A stretch of DNA of 64,000 nucleotides from Coraliomargarita sp. (GTDB taxonomy: Bacteria > Verrucomicrobiota > Verrucomicrobiia > Opitutales > Coraliomargaritaceae): positions 2,656,001-2,720,000 of the forward strand of contig OZ244160.1 in NCBI GenBank assembly GCA_965216325.1, in the 5' to 3' direction. Made by a program: the position numbers and the translations under genes. The notes under the pieces are model-generated. The model was not told where the DNA came from. It saw nothing but the letters and a program-made list of their open reading frames with translations, and made no database searches. The number at the start of each line of letters is the position of its first letter. Position 1 is the stretch's first letter. Shown here one piece after another: positions 12,691 to 23,258 of this stretch.

Positions 12691-13881
12691 CTAAATATTA
12701 AGTGCAGCGTCGTTTTGTGCGTCAAATGCGTGCGCGATCAAGTTCAGATCCACGTGTTTGGTGATAAGGTCTTTAATAATGGGGATCTTGTCGGTGTCGC
12801 TGGGCTGTGTCTTGACCGTCATGCTGTTCACCCTTGAGGCCACTCGATAACTGTCCTCATTACAGATCACCACGGGAATATCGGTTTTGGCGATCATTGC
12901 CATCAGTTTTGGGTGTGGTAGCTCGTTGCGTGTAAGGATGATTCCCGCGATAACTCTTTCTCCAGCAATGCCTTCCGTTGCGATTGCTGAGAGGATGATG
13001 TCTTCGCGGTCACCAGGGGTAATAATTAGCATGCCCGGCTTGAGTTGATCGACGATGCCTTTGGCGGCCATTGCGCCGATAATGACATCGGAGACCCGTT
13101 CGGTGCCCCCGGTGTCACGGCCATTGAGCCAGCGTCCGCCGACTTCTTCGACGATCTGGTTCATGTTTGGGCGTGTGAGCACCTTTTCGATAGGGATGCA
13201 GCCGAGCAGAGGGATGCCCATGCCTTCGAGGGCGATGCGGCAGTATTTCTCGATTAAGTCGAGTTTGTCGGGCTGCACCTTGTTGATGATCGCGCCGATC
13301 ACTTCGACGCCTGCTTGTTCGAAGAGGGCTTTGTTCAAGGCGATTTCGTCGACCGGACGGCCAATGCCCCCGCGGGCGACGATGATCACCTTGGCATTCA
13401 GGTACTTTGCGACATTTGCGTTGGAGAGGTTGAACACCGAGCCGACGCCTGCGTGACCGGTGCCTTCGACGATGATAAAGTCTTTTTCGAAGGCTGCGCG
13501 GTCGAATGCGCGGCACATCTTATCAATATTCTCGGCGTGACTACTGTCCGGATCATCCAAAAACTCGCGGGTGAAAGTTGAGTGCACGGCGATTGGACTC
13601 ATCGCTTGAATTGGCACGCGCACATCGAAGATCTTGTCGAGCAGGACCGAGTCCTCATCGACCTTATGGCCTTCCACATCGACGAAGCGCTGGCCGACCG
13701 GCTTAATGAAGCCTACTTTCTCTGTCATTGTGCGCAGCGCAGCGAAGAGCGCGAGGCTAGTCGTAGTCTTGCCATCGTTCATGCGGGTCGCCGCGATGAA
13801 GATACGCTTGGTCGTTTTGTTGCGCGGTGATGACAGTAGCTGGTTGTCGTCTGGCTCGGTGAATGGAGATCGTTTGGGCAT
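12691..13881 (-). CDS. BioD-like P-loop plus DRTGG-domain protein (stand-alone Pta N-terminal module)
   Basis: GKTT, FIKPVGQ, IVEGTGH, IINKV, ITPGDREDII. Confidence 0.85.
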   Translation of the reverse strand: MPKRSPFTEPDDNQLLSSPRNKTTKRIFIAATRMNDGKTTTSLALFAALRTMTEKVGFIKPVGQRFVDVEGHKVDEDSVLLDKIFDVRVPIQAMSPIAVHSTFTREFLDDPDSSHAENIDKMCRAFDRAAFEKDFIIVEGTGHAGVGSVFNLSNANVAKYLNAKVIIVARGGIGRPVDEIALNKALFEQAGVEVIGAIINKVQPDKLDLIEKYCRIALEGMGIPLLGCIPIEKVLTRPNMNQIVEEVGGRWLNGRDTGGTERVSDVIIGAMAAKGIVDQLKPGMLIITPGDREDIILSAIATEGIAGERVIAGIILTRNELPHPKLMAMIAKTDIPVVICNEDSYRVASRVNSMTVKTQPSDTDKIPIIKDLITKHVDLNLIAHAFDAQNDAALNI

Positions 13882-13919
13882 GAGCTGCGTCAGGGAGTAG
13901 GCTGGGACGTGCTTGGGGT

Positions 13920-14990
13920 CTAGTCGACTTTGGTCACGTCCTCGTTGAGCTCATCGCCATCGGTTGGGTAGAGCAAGCGGTGGTCGATCGCTTGGGAGGC
14001 GACCATGACTGCAGTTCCGAAAATGTCGCCGGCGGTTGCACCACGGCTGATTTCTGCCGCGGGGCGGGAGAGACCCGTCAAAATTGGACCGTAATTGCGT
14101 GCGCGGGTGAGGTAGTGTACCAGCTTGGATGCGATATTGGCGGAGTGTAGGTCAGGGAAGATCAGCACGTTCGCACGGCCAGCAACTGGTCCATCGATCG
14201 CCTTGCTCTTGGCGGTGATCGGGTCGAGTGCGGCGTCAACTTGCAGTTCACCTTCGATTTCCATCTCGATGCCGAGTTCCTTCGCCTTCTGACGTGCCAG
14301 TTCGGTAGCGGCCTTCATCTTAGCCACCGTCGGGTTTTTACTCGACATGCTCTTGGAGGTGTAGCTCAGCAGGGCCACGCGAGGCTTGGTGTTGGTTAAG
14401 TGATAGCTGAGTGCGGCTGTCGTCACTGCAATCTCGGCGAGTTGTTCGCTGCTTGGGTCAGGGATTACCGCACAGTCGGCGAGGAACAGCTCACGGTCCT
14501 TACCTGTCTCTGGATCTTCCATGTCGAAGATGTTGAGGGAGGACATACTGCGTAAACCTTCGTTGCGTGGGATGATTTGAAGCAGTGGTCGTAGGGAACT
14601 GGAGGCCTTGCTGGTCGCGCCGGAAACGATGGCGTCTGCCTGAGCCGTTGCGAGCATCAAGGTTGCGAAGTAATTGGTGTTTTCCAGATACTTTTCGACC
14701 TCTCTGTCGTTCAGTCCTTTAAAACGACGAAGGCCTTGGAACTTTGTGATAAAGCCGTCCCACTCGCTGCTGCGGCGTGGCTCGATGATGCGGATGTGTT
14801 TCAGGCTGATGTTTAGCTGTTCGGCGTTGGCTTTGATTGTGGCACGGTCGCCGAGGAGAATGGGAATGCCCAGTTCGCGGGAGGCGAATTTACGGGCTGC
14901 TTGCAGGATGCGGGCATCACTGCCTTCTGGAAAAACGACGCGTTTCGGGTGACGCTTGAGGCGTTCGGTGAGTTTGGAAATGAGTGGCAT
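13920..14990 (-). CDS. pta: Phosphate acetyl/butyryltransferase catalytic domain
   Basis: VFPEGSDARIL, LADCAV, EGELQVDAAL, ANVLIFPDL, GPILTGL, SRG...D. Confidence 0.88.
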   Translation of the reverse strand: MPLISKLTERLKRHPKRVVFPEGSDARILQAARKFASRELGIPILLGDRATIKANAEQLNISLKHIRIIEPRRSSEWDGFITKFQGLRRFKGLNDREVEKYLENTNYFATLMLATAQADAIVSGATSKASSSLRPLLQIIPRNEGLRSMSSLNIFDMEDPETGKDRELFLADCAVIPDPSSEQLAEIAVTTAALSYHLTNTKPRVALLSYTSKSMSSKNPTVAKMKAATELARQKAKELGIEMEIEGELQVDAALDPITAKSKAIDGPVAGRANVLIFPDLHSANIASKLVHYLTRARNYGPILTGLSRPAAEISRGATAGDIFGTAVMVASQAIDHRLLYPTDGDELNEDVTKVD

Positions 14991-15133
14991 GTTATTAAAA
15001 GGTTGGTGGGGTGAGGTGTGGGTTGAGTGTAAAGTCTTCTATTCAATAGATGGAAACCTAATTAGATAGAGCATGAAATATACAATTGCCAAAGTTTTTT
15101 CGGCGGTAGTTTCTATGGCTTTTGCTCAGGTAC

Positions 15134-16684
15134 ATGTCGAAGAGTTTTAAAAGTATCGCAGTGGTTAGCCTCTCTACGGGGGGCTCACGCGTGCTTGGTT
15201 TTGTGCGGGATGTGCTGGTGTTTGCTGCTTTGGGGGCGAGCGCTTGGAATTCGGCCTTCATTTTGGCGTTTACCCTGCCGAACTTATTTCGCCGTCTCTT
15301 GGGGGAAGGTGCGATGACGTCGGCGATGGTACCGGTGTTTTCGGAAGTGCTTGAGCGCGATGGGAAAGCAGGTGCCTTTCGTTTTTTTAGTCAGGTGTTT
15401 TTTAGGTTATTGTTGGCCTTGGTTGTGCTGGCGCTGGTCGTCATGCTGTTTATCGGTGGCTGTGTGAAGTCGGGGGTCTTGTCGCAGAAATGGTCCTTGG
15501 CGGGGGAGTTGGCGGTGCTCTTGTTTCCCTACGTGTTGTTTATTTGTTTGGCCGCGATTGTCACTGCAGGGCTGAATGTTTTGGGTCGTTTTGCATCGGC
15601 CGCGAGCACACCGATGTTGTTAAATGTTTCTCTGATTACGAGCTTAGGGACGGGGATGCTGCTCGGGCACGAAGCATCGGAACTGGTCTACTGGTTATGT
15701 GGTGGCTACTTGCTAGGAGGGGTGCTGCAACTCTTTGTTCCAGGGGTGGATCTTGCTGCGCAGGGTTGGCGTCCACGTATTGAGAAGTCCAATACCGCAG
15801 ACTTGAACGAATTGTGGCGCTTGTTGCTGCCCGGCTTGGCAGGGGCGGCCATTTTGCAGGTCAATATTATGGTTTCCCGTGTCTTGGCGCATTCGATTGA
15901 TGCTGAAGCGGTCTCGATCTTGTATATGGGCAGCAGATTGATGGAGTTTCCACTTGGAATTTTCACGATGGCAGTGGTGACCGTATTTTTCCCATTGCTA
16001 GCACGTGCAGTGGCTGCTCAGGACGAAACTGGATTTGCGAATGCACTGACTTCGGGGATGCGCTTGGTAATTGGTATCTCTTTTCCTGCTGGGGTTGGGC
16101 TGATTGTCTTGGGCCAGCCAATCGTTGAGCTTACCAGATATGGCGCGTTCTCTGAAGCAAGCGCTCTGAACACCGCACCGCTTGTTGCGATCTACGGCTT
16201 TGGGCTTCCGTTTTATTCGGCGGCGACTTTTGCCACACGCGGTTTACACGCGGGCAAGTCTATGCAAGTGACCGTGTGGGTTGCTGGTGTGGCCTTATTG
16301 GTGAATTTGTTTAGTGGCCTGATCCTCATGCAATTCTTTGGGGCTCGTGGCTTAGCCGCGGCCAATGTGATCGCAGCAATCATTCAAACTTGCCTACTTT
16401 GGCGTGTGCTTGCACGTGAGCGGGCTGAAGTGAGTTTGAATCGCATGTTGCCCGCGTTGTGTAAGATTCTGATAGCAGGGCTTGCAATGGGCTTAATGTG
16501 TTATGGTGGTTTGGCTTTGATTGACGGACTCGGTTTGAGCTTGAAGCTGCACTCAATTGTCTCGGTCGCAGTGCTCGTGCCGAGTGGCGTCTGCATTTAC
16601 TTTGGATTGCTCTACCTTCTCAAGTTTGAAGAACTGAATGTCTTGGGTGACTTGGTTCGGCGCTTTTTGCCGAGCGTGAAGTGA
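15134..16684 (+). CDS. murJ: Lipid II flippase MurJ
   Basis: SRVLGFVRD, AFTLPNLFRRLLGEGA, RLMEFPLGIF. Confidence 0.95.
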   Translation: MSKSFKSIAVVSLSTGGSRVLGFVRDVLVFAALGASAWNSAFILAFTLPNLFRRLLGEGAMTSAMVPVFSEVLERDGKAGAFRFFSQVFFRLLLALVVLALVVMLFIGGCVKSGVLSQKWSLAGELAVLLFPYVLFICLAAIVTAGLNVLGRFASAASTPMLLNVSLITSLGTGMLLGHEASELVYWLCGGYLLGGVLQLFVPGVDLAAQGWRPRIEKSNTADLNELWRLLLPGLAGAAILQVNIMVSRVLAHSIDAEAVSILYMGSRLMEFPLGIFTMAVVTVFFPLLARAVAAQDETGFANALTSGMRLVIGISFPAGVGLIVLGQPIVELTRYGAFSEASALNTAPLVAIYGFGLPFYSAATFATRGLHAGKSMQVTVWVAGVALLVNLFSGLILMQFFGARGLAAANVIAAIIQTCLLWRVLARERAEVSLNRMLPALCKILIAGLAMGLMCYGGLALIDGLGLSLKLHSIVSVAVLVPSGVCIYFGLLYLLKFEELNVLGDLVRRFLPSVK

Positions 16685-16743
16685 TGGTGTTGAGTGTATT
16701 TTCTGATTGGCAGTTTTGCTGAGAACGATCTACTTGGCGTTTG

Positions 16744-17577
16744 ATGCACCCCTATAAACTTTCTGTTACCAATATCGACGCAGAGTTTGGCTTTGGGCCT
16801 GAATCTTCAAATAGTTGGTCGACGTATTTGGAGTCGGATCAAGAGCTTGTGGTGTTTTTAAATCGTGCTGCGATTGCGACGTCCACAAGTGGCGGAGCCG
16901 ATTACCCAGAGATTGAGATCTCTGTAGATCAACGCCGCGCAGTGGTGACTGTGATTGACGGGCATCTCTATTACACCGAGTTGGATGCGCATAAGCATAA
17001 TTTGAAAGTCATCGCTGAGGATGTGGTGAAGCTACTTAAGGGGGCTTCCTTTGAGCCGTCCAGTGACGACGAGGCAGAAGAGCCGAACGAGCAACTGCAC
17101 TACACGCATCGTCGATCTGGAGAGTCGCTGCGATTGTTTGTGTGGTGCGTTTTACTGGGCATTATCGGCTCGTGCGCGGTGATTATTTGGAGTGAGATCC
17201 GGTATCAGCCCCGTTTAGTCGAGGCTCCGAAGTTTGTGGAGACGTCAGCCGGATATACGGATAAAATACAGAATTTAGCTGGAGTCTATGTGAATGAACT
17301 GCGTGAGGGAGGGATGATTTTTGAAATCCGTAGTGATGGCGGGTTCAATATCTATGAACTCTGGGAGTCGGATTCTAAGTCCGGCTTTATGCGAATGCCT
17401 GTGGAGTCGCACGAGTTGAAGATTGGGAGGCAAGGGGACCAGATCGCGTATTTGGCAGGTGAGATTCATTTAATCATGCCGCGTAAGGATGGTGCCCTCG
17501 TTTTACACGGTCTGGTCTTTCACCCCTTTGATGGGAAAGCTCGAGATCTTGGGCCAGTTCGCCGATTGACGGACTAA
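16744..17577 (+). CDS. Hypothetical protein with one central TM helix
   Basis: 278-aa ORF filling the gap; TM LFVWCVLLGIIGSCAVIIW. Confidence 0.7.
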   Translation: MHPYKLSVTNIDAEFGFGPESSNSWSTYLESDQELVVFLNRAAIATSTSGGADYPEIEISVDQRRAVVTVIDGHLYYTELDAHKHNLKVIAEDVVKLLKGASFEPSSDDEAEEPNEQLHYTHRRSGESLRLFVWCVLLGIIGSCAVIIWSEIRYQPRLVEAPKFVETSAGYTDKIQNLAGVYVNELREGGMIFEIRSDGGFNIYELWESDSKSGFMRMPVESHELKIGRQGDQIAYLAGEIHLIMPRKDGALVLHGLVFHPFDGKARDLGPVRRLTD

Positions 17578-17583
17578 CCTTGG

Positions 17584-18072
17584 CTACTGTGTGATATAGA
17601 AGCGTATACTGAGCCCGGACAGAATCAGGCGTCCTGTGCTGGTGTTCCCATCGTCGATCTTCTTATCGAGTTTGATCAATTCCTCTCGTGTCAGGGCAAT
17701 TGGATTGCCGGCCGATCCACTGATGCGGATATAGGCAATTCGCTCTTCCGGTGTATCACCACGAGAGTTGATCCAAGTATAGGCACCACCGATTGGAGCG
17801 GGTTGCTTCCAGACGGTCGGCATATAGTCTTCCATTTCATCCGGGAATTCGCCGGCGGTTCCGTGCGATGGCGGGAAATACTCTTTCTCGAGTTCAAAGG
17901 TGCTGAATGCCCGGTCAAATGAGCGTAGGTCACTTTCTTGCACACCAATCATGGTGCGCTTTGCAGATCGAAAGAAGGCAGGGACGGCAATAGCGGCGAG
18001 TATGCCAATGACGGCCACGACAACCATGATTTCCATGATTGTGAACGCGGCAGGGCGGGTGGTAGCTTTCAT
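17584..18072 (-). CDS. Prepilin-type N-terminal cleavage/methylation protein (pilin/pseudopilin)
   Basis: AAFTIMEIMVVVAVIGILAAIAVP. Confidence 0.88.
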   Translation of the reverse strand: MKATTRPAAFTIMEIMVVVAVIGILAAIAVPAFFRSAKRTMIGVQESDLRSFDRAFSTFELEKEYFPPSHGTAGEFPDEMEDYMPTVWKQPAPIGGAYTWINSRGDTPEERIAYIRISGSAGNPIALTREELIKLDKKIDDGNTSTGRLILSGLSIRFYITQ

Positions 18073-18104
18073 GGTAACGGAGTAGTGTTTTTACCGAATC
18101 AAAT

Positions 18105-18968
18105 TTAGGCGTATTTGTCGATCCGATAACCGACGAGTGCAATCTTGAGTTTTTTTGCCTGATCCAGAATCTGGTCTTTATCGAGAATGATAACGCGGTC
18201 GACTTCCAAAGCGGCGGTGCGAATACCTGCCTCGTGCATGACCTCCAAGGTGCGAGAGCCAAATACCGGGACGTCGAATCGGTAGTCTTGCACACGCTTG
18301 ACAGTTTTGACGAAGATCAAGTCGTCGGTCTTAAAGCTACCTGCCCGCTTGAGCATCGGGTCGGTTCCTTCGTAGGCTTCGACGGCGAGCACCGTGCCTT
18401 TGCGCACGACGGCCCCTTGCCCCACATCCAGTTCGGCAATGCCTTTGGCGATGTGGATCCCGTGTTCGATGTCTACTTGCTCGACGCGCAGCTTGCCAGA
18501 GGTCATCAAGCCTTCGTGCGCCAATTGATCGTCTAAGAAAGAGCGCGCGTCGAGCATTTGGATGTCGATGGCTTCGATCTCAGCAGCAATTGCTCCAAAG
18601 ATGGTTTCTGCATTTTTGACCCGCAGGCTGTTGAGGATCTTCAGTGCTTTGAGGTCCGGGTGTAGGCCATGGAAGAGACGGCGGGGCGTAATCTGGCCAG
18701 CCATGAGTGCGTAGCGGCAGCCAAGCTTTTGCAATGATTTCAGCATTTTACCGAGCTGACCGACTTTAATCTGGATATGTTCGTTCGCTGGAATGCTGTC
18801 GATTAGCGACTGCTCGGTTTCACCAGCAAAGGAAATCACCCGCAAGGAAATGCCGGCCGCTCGGATTCGTTCAGCGGTTAAGATGGGGTAGCGTCCTTTT
18901 CCGGCGATCAGGCCAATTGGTGCTGAGCTAAAGCCTTCTGGTAGGAATGCGGAACTCGAGTGGGGCAT
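18105..18968 (-). CDS. lpxI: UDP-2,3-diacylglucosamine hydrolase LpxI family
   Basis: IGLIAGKGRYP, LDVGQGAVV, AVEAYEGTD, QDYRFDVPVFG. Confidence 0.9.
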   Translation of the reverse strand: MPHSSSAFLPEGFSSAPIGLIAGKGRYPILTAERIRAAGISLRVISFAGETEQSLIDSIPANEHIQIKVGQLGKMLKSLQKLGCRYALMAGQITPRRLFHGLHPDLKALKILNSLRVKNAETIFGAIAAEIEAIDIQMLDARSFLDDQLAHEGLMTSGKLRVEQVDIEHGIHIAKGIAELDVGQGAVVRKGTVLAVEAYEGTDPMLKRAGSFKTDDLIFVKTVKRVQDYRFDVPVFGSRTLEVMHEAGIRTAALEVDRVIILDKDQILDQAKKLKIALVGYRIDKYA

Positions 18969-18970
18969 GT

Positions 18971-19792
18971 TTAACGGTTCACTCTCTGTTTGAAGTGGTA
19001 GGGCCGGGGGCTTGGGGTCTCATGGAAGTCCTCTGGCAGGACAAAGGTTGGCGTGGCGGATGTGCCATTTTGTGAGCCTTTGAAGAGTATGCGTGTGCGC
19101 GCGTAGTCAGTTGCCTCGGCTATTTTGTGCCAGTGTTTGTCGACTTCCTCAATTGCCTTCGATGCTGCGGGCTTAGCCAAGGCGGCACTGGCCGAATTGA
19201 TCACGATGCTCTGCGAGTCGGAAATGAAGGCGCGGCCACTGCTATTCGGGTAATAGAACGTGGCAGTTCCTGAGAACATGTTGATCTCTGTTTGGTTCTG
19301 GTCGACGACTAGAATGCTGTTTCCACTGTGGATACGTAATTCTCCGTTGGGAGTCTGGATGCGTGCTTGTGAAACTGGAGAGAGATGCTCAAAGGCAAAG
19401 CACAGGCTGCCCTTAGACAAGTTTAGCTGTAAGTCGGACTCGGATGGTTCGTATTGCTGGCTCTCTTTCTTCGGAGGAAAGGGCTCTTGGGTGTAACGCT
19501 CGATGCTGAGTTCGGTGTTGGGGCCTAGGCTTATTGCGACGCCGTTGGACAGGACCAAGAAGAGCGTTGAGTCGGTGCCGGTTTGCAGCGTCGTGCCTGA
19601 GAGCGTCAGTTGTTGATGCAGCTTGGGTTTCTGGCCTGTGATGAAGGCTTCGCCACTTCGGCTGGTTACAACAGCAATGCCATCGGGGCTGGAGTTCGCT
19701 GCGATGGCAGCTTGATGCTGAATCACAACAAGGACAGTGGCGGCCGTTAGGCCGCGCATGAATTTGACTGCCCGTTGTGAGATGCTGTGCAT
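18971..19792 (-). CDS. FecR-domain exported protein
   Basis: LQTGTDS..FLVLSNGVAISLGPNTELSI, LNLSKG, IQTPNG. Confidence 0.75.
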   Translation of the reverse strand: MHSISQRAVKFMRGLTAATVLVVIQHQAAIAANSSPDGIAVVTSRSGEAFITGQKPKLHQQLTLSGTTLQTGTDSTLFLVLSNGVAISLGPNTELSIERYTQEPFPPKKESQQYEPSESDLQLNLSKGSLCFAFEHLSPVSQARIQTPNGELRIHSGNSILVVDQNQTEINMFSGTATFYYPNSSGRAFISDSQSIVINSASAALAKPAASKAIEEVDKHWHKIAEATDYARTRILFKGSQNGTSATPTFVLPEDFHETPSPRPYHFKQRVNR

Positions 19793-19814
19793 TTTTCAGA
19801 AGTCAGATGAAGGC

Positions 19815-19840
19815 GGCGCGTTAATGGGAACGCGCCCTAC
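19815..19840. repeat. REP-like half element ending CCCTAC
   Basis: ggcgcgttaatgggaacgcgccctac. Confidence 0.55.
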
Positions 19841-19842
19841 CT

Positions 19843-22422
19843 TTATACTGCGACGATATTGACGATTTTTCCGGGAACGTAAATTTCCTTCTTGATCGTT
19901 TTGCCGTCAATAAAGCTCTGCACGCGTTCGCTCGCTTTGGCTGCTGTGATCGCGTCTTCCTTGCTATGGTCGGCAGGAAGCTCGGCGTCGCCGCGGTATT
20001 TGCCGTTTACTTGGAAGATTATCTTCACGGTGTCCTTGACTAGCTTGCTCTCGTCGCATTCCGGCCATCCCGCGTCAACGATGCTACCGGCGTTGCCGAG
20101 GCGCTCCCAGAGCTCTTCACCAATATGCGGCGCGAGTGGGGCGAGCAACTTGATGAAGCTTTCGACGGATTCCTTAGTCAAGGACTCGCACTTGGCGAGT
20201 TGGTTAACACAGATCATCATTTGCGAAATCGCGGTGTTGAAGCCGAGTGCTTCGTAGTCTTCGGTCACTTTTTTGATCGTCGCGTGGAGCGTGCGGTCGG
20301 TTTCCGCGTCAAGCGTCTCGGCTGCGCCGATCTTGTTGCTGACTTCACCGTTCTCGTCCACGACCAAGCGCCATGCCTTGCGCAGGAAGCGGGCGATGCC
20401 TTCGATACCCTTGGTGTTCCAAGGCTTCATGGCTTCGAGTGGCCCGAGGAACATCAGGTAGAGGCGCAGAGCGTCGGCACCGTAGCCTTCGATGATGGTC
20501 TCGGGGTTGACCACGTTGCCGCGGCTCTTGGACATTTTCTCGCCGTCTTCGCCGAGGATGATGCCTTGGTGGAAGAGTTTCTTGAACGGCTCGGGATCGC
20601 TGACGACGCCGAGGTCGAACAGCACTTGGTGCCAGAAGCGGGCGTAAAGGAGGTGGAGCACGGCGTGCTCGGCACCACCGATGTAAAGGTCTGGAGTCCC
20701 CCAGTATTTTTCCTTTTCTGGATCGATGAGCGCTTCGGTGTTCTTCGGATCCACGTAGCGCAGGTAATACCAGCAGGAGCCTGCCCATTGTGGCATTGTG
20801 TTCGTTTCGCGGATACCCGTGAGCCAGCCGTCTTGTGCCTCGGTGGAGGTTTCGCCGGTTTGTGGGTTCACGTAAACGTAGAGCCAGTCATCTGCCTTGG
20901 AGAGTGGGCTTTGGCCATCGGGGGATGGTGTGTAGCTTTCCACTTCTGGCAGGTTGAGTGGCAATTCGGCAACTGGAAGTGCGAGGGCGAATTTGGTTGC
21001 ACCGTTGATCTCGCATGAGACCGGGCGCTCGACAGACTTGAGGGAGTCGTCGGCCATGTCGTAGTCCTCCTTGCTGACCCAAACGATTGGGAACGGTTCA
21101 CCCCAATAGCGCTGACGGGAGAAGAGCCAGTCACGCAGCTTGAAGTTGACGGTCGCTTTGCCGCGCTTGTCAGCTGCTAGCTGCTCGATGACCGCGTTCT
21201 TGGCGGACTCGGAGTCCTTGCCGGATTGTTCGCCGGAGTTGATGAGCAGGCCTGGGCCTGTATAAGCAGTCATGAGGGCGCCGGACTCGTCCTTGTCGGC
21301 GGAGTTGTTGTCGTCGATGACCTGGATGATTTCGAGGCCGAACTCCTTTGCGAATTCGAAGTCGCGCTCGTCGTGGGCGGGAACCGCCATGATCGCGCCG
21401 GTGCCGTAAGTCATGAGCACGTAATCGGCGACCCAGATCGGAATCTCCTTGCCGTTGACTGGGTTGATCGCGGTCGCGCCCGTCCATTCGCCGGTCTTTT
21501 CCTTGGAAAGCTCGGCGCGTTCTAGGTCGGACTTGCTCTTGGCCTTTTCGAGGTAGGCGTCGACGGCTTCCTTGCGGTCGGCGGTGGTGATTTGTGCGAC
21601 GAGCGGGTGCTCGGGAGCGATCACCATGTAAGTTGCTCCGTAAAGTGTGTCCGGGCGAGTGGTGAAGACAGTCAGCTGCGCGTCGTGCCCGGAGACGTCG
21701 AACGTGATTTCGCCACCTTCGGAGCGGCCGATCCAGTTTTCTTGGAGGCGCTTGGTGGAGTCGGGCCAGTCGAGATCCTTAAGGCCGGCGATCAGGCGCT
21801 CGGCGTATTCAGTGATGCGGAGCACCCACTGGCGGATTGGGCGGCGCTCGACTGGGAAGTTGCCGCGCTCTGAGCGAGGGCCTTCCGGAGTGTTGAGGAC
21901 TTCTTCGTTGGCGAGAACGGTGCCGAGGTCGGGGCAGAACCAGACTGGCTTCTCGTCGACGTAGGCGAGGCCCTTCTTAAACAGCTGCATGAAGATCCAC
22001 TGGGTCCACTTGAAGTAGCCGGGATCGGTGGTGTTGACTTCGCGGTTCCAGTCGTAGGCGAATCCGAGTTGGGTCAACTGTGCGGTGAAATTGGCGACGT
22101 TTTGCTTGGTGGTGACGGCAGGGTGGGTGCCGGTCTTGATCGCGTATTGCTCAGTCGGCAGGCCGAAGGCGTCCCAGCCCATGGGATGGAGTACGTTGAA
22201 GCCTTTTGCTTTCTTATAGCGCTTGAGCGCGTCGCTGGCGGTGTAGCCTTCCGGGTGGCCGATGTGCAGCCCCGCGCCGGATGGGTAGGGGAACATGTCG
22301 AGCACGTAGAACGTGGGCTTGTCCTCGAAGTCCTTGGACTCGTAGGTCTTGTTTTCAGCCCAGTAGCTCTGCCACTTCGGCTCAATTGCGGAAAAATCGT
22401 AGTCTTTGCTTTGCGTCGCCAT
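19843..22422 (-). CDS. leuS: Leucyl-tRNA synthetase
   Basis: [39 protein letters not shown]; start set at MATQSK. Confidence 0.98.
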   Translation of the reverse strand: MATQSKDYDFSAIEPKWQSYWAENKTYESKDFEDKPTFYVLDMFPYPSGAGLHIGHPEGYTASDALKRYKKAKGFNVLHPMGWDAFGLPTEQYAIKTGTHPAVTTKQNVANFTAQLTQLGFAYDWNREVNTTDPGYFKWTQWIFMQLFKKGLAYVDEKPVWFCPDLGTVLANEEVLNTPEGPRSERGNFPVERRPIRQWVLRITEYAERLIAGLKDLDWPDSTKRLQENWIGRSEGGEITFDVSGHDAQLTVFTTRPDTLYGATYMVIAPEHPLVAQITTADRKEAVDAYLEKAKSKSDLERAELSKEKTGEWTGATAINPVNGKEIPIWVADYVLMTYGTGAIMAVPAHDERDFEFAKEFGLEIIQVIDDNNSADKDESGALMTAYTGPGLLINSGEQSGKDSESAKNAVIEQLAADKRGKATVNFKLRDWLFSRQRYWGEPFPIVWVSKEDYDMADDSLKSVERPVSCEINGATKFALALPVAELPLNLPEVESYTPSPDGQSPLSKADDWLYVYVNPQTGETSTEAQDGWLTGIRETNTMPQWAGSCWYYLRYVDPKNTEALIDPEKEKYWGTPDLYIGGAEHAVLHLLYARFWHQVLFDLGVVSDPEPFKKLFHQGIILGEDGEKMSKSRGNVVNPETIIEGYGADALRLYLMFLGPLEAMKPWNTKGIEGIARFLRKAWRLVVDENGEVSNKIGAAETLDAETDRTLHATIKKVTEDYEALGFNTAISQMMICVNQLAKCESLTKESVESFIKLLAPLAPHIGEELWERLGNAGSIVDAGWPECDESKLVKDTVKIIFQVNGKYRGDAELPADHSKEDAITAAKASERVQSFIDGKTIKKEIYVPGKIVNIVAV

Positions 22423-22554
22423 TTTTCGAAAACGGCGGATTAAGACGGCTCGGATGCGGCCCGTCAACGACGCAAAGGCCGATCTGGCAATGGTTTTTGC
22501 TTCGAAATCGAGGTTTGATTTCTGAGGATTTCCACCTAGGGTTCGCGATTCTGC

Positions 22555-23136
22555 ATGAAAGTTCGCTCCCCCATCATATTTCTCATTCTGCTCGCGCTGT
22601 GCACTTATCTGTCCTCGCTGGAAGCAGATCAGCCGCAGTTATCGGCTACGGAGAACTTGGGGAATAAGGTGGAGACGATATCCGAGGCGCGCTTCAAAGA
22701 GCGCTTTTGGAATAATGGTCAGCAAAAGTCGCGGTTGATGAACAAGAGCTTCCCGCTGACTCAGTACGACAAGCATTTCTCTTCACTTGGGCGTAGTAAG
22801 GCACCGATTTCGCTGACCGAGAGAAGCGAGAAGTCGATGTTTCAGGCGGATGTTAAAGAGTATGACATCAAGGACCTCAAGATCGCAGACTGGAACGAGC
22901 AGATGTCGCGTTTACACAAGCAGGCGCGTATTGCGACCGATCAGACCTATGCAGATTTGGCGACCAAGCAGCGTTATCAAGCGATGCTGCAAGATTCGCC
23001 GCAGGCCTATGAGGCACTCGCAGAAGAGTTATCCTTGCGTGAGATCAATCGCTTTGCCTTTCGTCGCAATCGTCCGAAGGGGGAGTCGCCATCGACGGCC
23101 GCAGGTTCGGAGCAAGTGCAGAAGGCTGTCCAGTAA
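22555..23136 (+). CDS. Hypothetical exported protein
   Basis: Signal peptide; 193-aa ORF divergent from leuS. Confidence 0.7.
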   Translation: MKVRSPIIFLILLALCTYLSSLEADQPQLSATENLGNKVETISEARFKERFWNNGQQKSRLMNKSFPLTQYDKHFSSLGRSKAPISLTERSEKSMFQADVKEYDIKDLKIADWNEQMSRLHKQARIATDQTYADLATKQRYQAMLQDSPQAYEALAEELSLREINRFAFRRNRPKGESPSTAAGSEQVQKAVQ

Positions 23137-23258
23137 TTTTTCCAATTTGGATGTAAGGGTTCTCGCTGTTGGCGGATTTCGCTCAGCAAAGTGCGGCTTT
23201 GGCTTGATAGCTTGAGTCTTTGAGCTAAAGCTCGGAGTATCATCCTTCGCTAATCTCG

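Noticed and set aside
20690..21110. Extra segments and apparent GC shift inside leuS as an intein or recombination patch
   Set aside because: No intein terminal motifs and no repeat match; these regions vary in length among LeuRS proteins, and the GC shift was not quantified
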